Part shown: piece by piece, positions 62,352-64,000 of the stretch | Position numbering within the stretch: position 1 is the first letter of the stretch | How the letters are laid out: each line of letters begins with the position of its first letter | DNA from: an uncultured Chloroflexia bacterium | GTDB lineage: Bacteria > Chloroflexota > Anaerolineae > Anaerolineales > UBA4823 | Direction of reading: 5' to 3' | NCBI GenBank assembly: GCA_963743215.1 | Contig: CAVUOY010000010.1 | Span: 72,225-136,224 of the forward strand | Length of the DNA stretch: 64,000 bases | Translations under genes and position numbers: made by a program | The notes under the pieces: model-generated | The model's input: the letters and a program-made list of their open reading frames with translations, nothing else | Told to the model about the DNA's origin: nothing | Databases searched by the model: none

Positions 62352-62520
62352 GATCGCCATGCCACAAGAAAACCCTTGTGGATTCCCACTAAAGGCAGGT
62401 GGGATATTCCCCCCAGAACCAGGAAACAGCGGGGGAATGTCTCCCCAGAACCAGGGGGGATACTCCCCGAAAATCAGCGGGGAATTGTCCCCCCAGAACC
62501 AGGGGGGATTCGCGATGACA
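62352..62520. repeat. REP element containing six stacked hairpin modules
   Basis: GATCGCCATG-[6 hairpins]-TCGCGATGAC. Confidence 0.85.
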
Positions 62521-62639
62521 GAGATTTTTAATTATTATCCGATGCTTTTTCCGAAGGTCAAAGGGTGACTAGGACGGTTATTACTGACCGACACCTCTCA
62601 ATATAACTCAAAGATGTTTTTGGGGAGGGCGTGAGAATT

Positions 62640-63461
62640 ATGACAGACGCACTGGTCAAGGATTTTTACACAAAAAAGGTACGGGATGAATGGCGCAGGT
62701 TGGTGAAGGACGCTTACCACAGACTGGAATTCGATACAACACTGCATTATCTGGATAAATACCTTCCACCACATGGTTTGATCCTGGATGCGGGTGGTGG
62801 ACCTGGGCGGTATACGCTCGAGCTGGCAAAAAAGGGTTATGAGGTCGTTCTATTGGATACGACCCAGGCGAACCTGGATTTCGCAAGTCGGCAATTGAAG
62901 CGCCATGGTGTGATGAAAAAGGTTAAGGGGATGACTGCAGGCTCTATCATGGACCTTTCCCAATTCGAAACCGCTACGTTTGAGGCTGTCTTATGCAGTG
63001 GCGGACCGCTTTCCCATATCCTAGACCCACGTGAGAGAGGACAGGCAATCTCGGAGCTGGTGCGAGTAGCCAAGCCTGGTGCACCTATCCTCGTTTCGGT
63101 GATGGGGCGGATCAGCGTGCTGGTGGTCATCTTGATGATCGCCCAAGACGAAATCGAGATGCCACACTTTATACAAATCCGTGAGACGGGTGATTACTTC
63201 GGCGGGCATGGTTTCACTGCCTGTCACTTCTACCTACCGGATGAGCTGCGAGCTGAATTTACACGTGATGGTTTACAAATATTAGAGCTGGTAGGACTGG
63301 AAGGTATCAGTACGGGTCACACAAAAGAGTTAAACAAGTTGGCAAAAGACAAAAATCGTTTTCAGATCTGGCTAGAGACGCACTTGCAGACCTGCACCCA
63401 TCCAGCAATCGTAGCCACGAGCGAGCACATGCTGATTGTGTGCCGGAAAAATGCTACTTAG
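62640..63461 (+). CDS. Class I SAM methyltransferase
   Basis: ILDAGGGPGRY, GGPLSH, SEHML. Confidence 0.9.
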   Translation: MTDALVKDFYTKKVRDEWRRLVKDAYHRLEFDTTLHYLDKYLPPHGLILDAGGGPGRYTLELAKKGYEVVLLDTTQANLDFASRQLKRHGVMKKVKGMTAGSIMDLSQFETATFEAVLCSGGPLSHILDPRERGQAISELVRVAKPGAPILVSVMGRISVLVVILMIAQDEIEMPHFIQIRETGDYFGGHGFTACHFYLPDELRAEFTRDGLQILELVGLEGISTGHTKELNKLAKDKNRFQIWLETHLQTCTHPAIVATSEHMLIVCRKNAT

Positions 63462-63542
63462 CATCTAGTGAATAGTGATCAGGAATTTTGAATTAGTAAT
63501 CTGGCGAGGATGAATTGAAACTGCAAGCAGATATTTTACTGT

Positions 63543-63845
63543 CTAGTGATCCTTCTCCTTCGAACCCGATCTGGCAATCACCTGCTGGTAGAAGGTGGAG
63601 ATGTGCATGCGGAAACCCCAACCAACACCTGTGAGCACATGAGCCCCAGCTGGTAAACGGGTGGGCAGGCTATCGATGGTAGGCTGCTCGCAATCATCGA
63701 TTACACGGCAGATTCGCCGATCGAGATTAACCCGGTACAGGCATCCATCCTCATGGCTGATATACTCGGCACCCAGCTGATTCTGGGTCTTGAGCCGCTT
63801 GAAATGCCAGTAAACATCATCGGGAGGTCGAAGATAGGAGCTCAT
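63543..63845 (-). CDS. Hypothetical protein
   Basis: RBS GAGGT upstream; follows the regulator gene. Confidence 0.5.
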   Translation of the reverse strand: MSSYLRPPDDVYWHFKRLKTQNQLGAEYISHEDGCLYRVNLDRRICRVIDDCEQPTIDSLPTRLPAGAHVLTGVGWGFRMHISTFYQQVIARSGSKEKDH

Positions 63846-63862
63846 ATCTTATACCTCACAGG

Positions 63863-64000
63863 TCACGACCTTCCTCCCGCATCCAGGAACTGCTTGAGCT
63901 GATGGCGATAGTTTTCGAAGGCCAACCTGCCCCCTTCAGTGATGGAGCACAGGGTGAGAGGCAGCTTACCACGGTATGTCTTTTCAATTTTAAGATAGCC
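63863..64000 (-). CDS. Winged-helix regulator (HTH_34/MarR-like), 5'-partial
   Basis: GYLKIEKTYRGKLPLTLCSITEGGRLAFENY. Confidence 0.8.
   Translation of the reverse strand, partial: GYLKIEKTYRGKLPLTLCSITEGGRLAFENYRHQLKQFLDAGGRS

Noticed and set aside
62359-62568. 69-aa repetitive ORF (also 61028-61237)
   Set aside because: It is a translation of the hairpin arrays, not a credible protein.

Overview
AT-balanced bacterial chromosomal segment whose gene content and intergenic palindromes suggest a Chloroflexota (Anaerolineae-like) genome; the taxonomy is an inference. It holds about 60 accessory and housekeeping CDSs: serine hydrolases, an M28 peptidase, a P-type ATPase, an ECF sigma/anti-sigma pair, GNATs, an AbfD-like dehydratase, a cyclase-STAND NTPase with a TPR-PP2C partner, and an ABC-2 exporter. 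I found no rRNA, tRNA or CRISPR array. About ten single-base frameshifts, mostly an extra doubled base, look like sequencing errors. Most interesting signals: (1) a membrane protein whose motifs match human Batten-disease protein CLN6 in order, behind a consensus promoter and a terminator-containing leader; (2) a perfect 13-8-13 lox/FRT-like palindrome whose 8-bp spacer recurs exactly where an IS110 transposase is cut off; (3) REP elements whose inner hairpin has expanded into stacks of shared hairpin modules; (4) two MITE copies tightly bracketing a beta-lactamase-family gene; (5) a STAND cyclase apparently split inside its winged helix from a TPR-PP2C effector; (6) an identical ECF-type promoter in front of two paralogous secreted proteins. 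All protein calls come from motif recognition by eye; no database searches were run.
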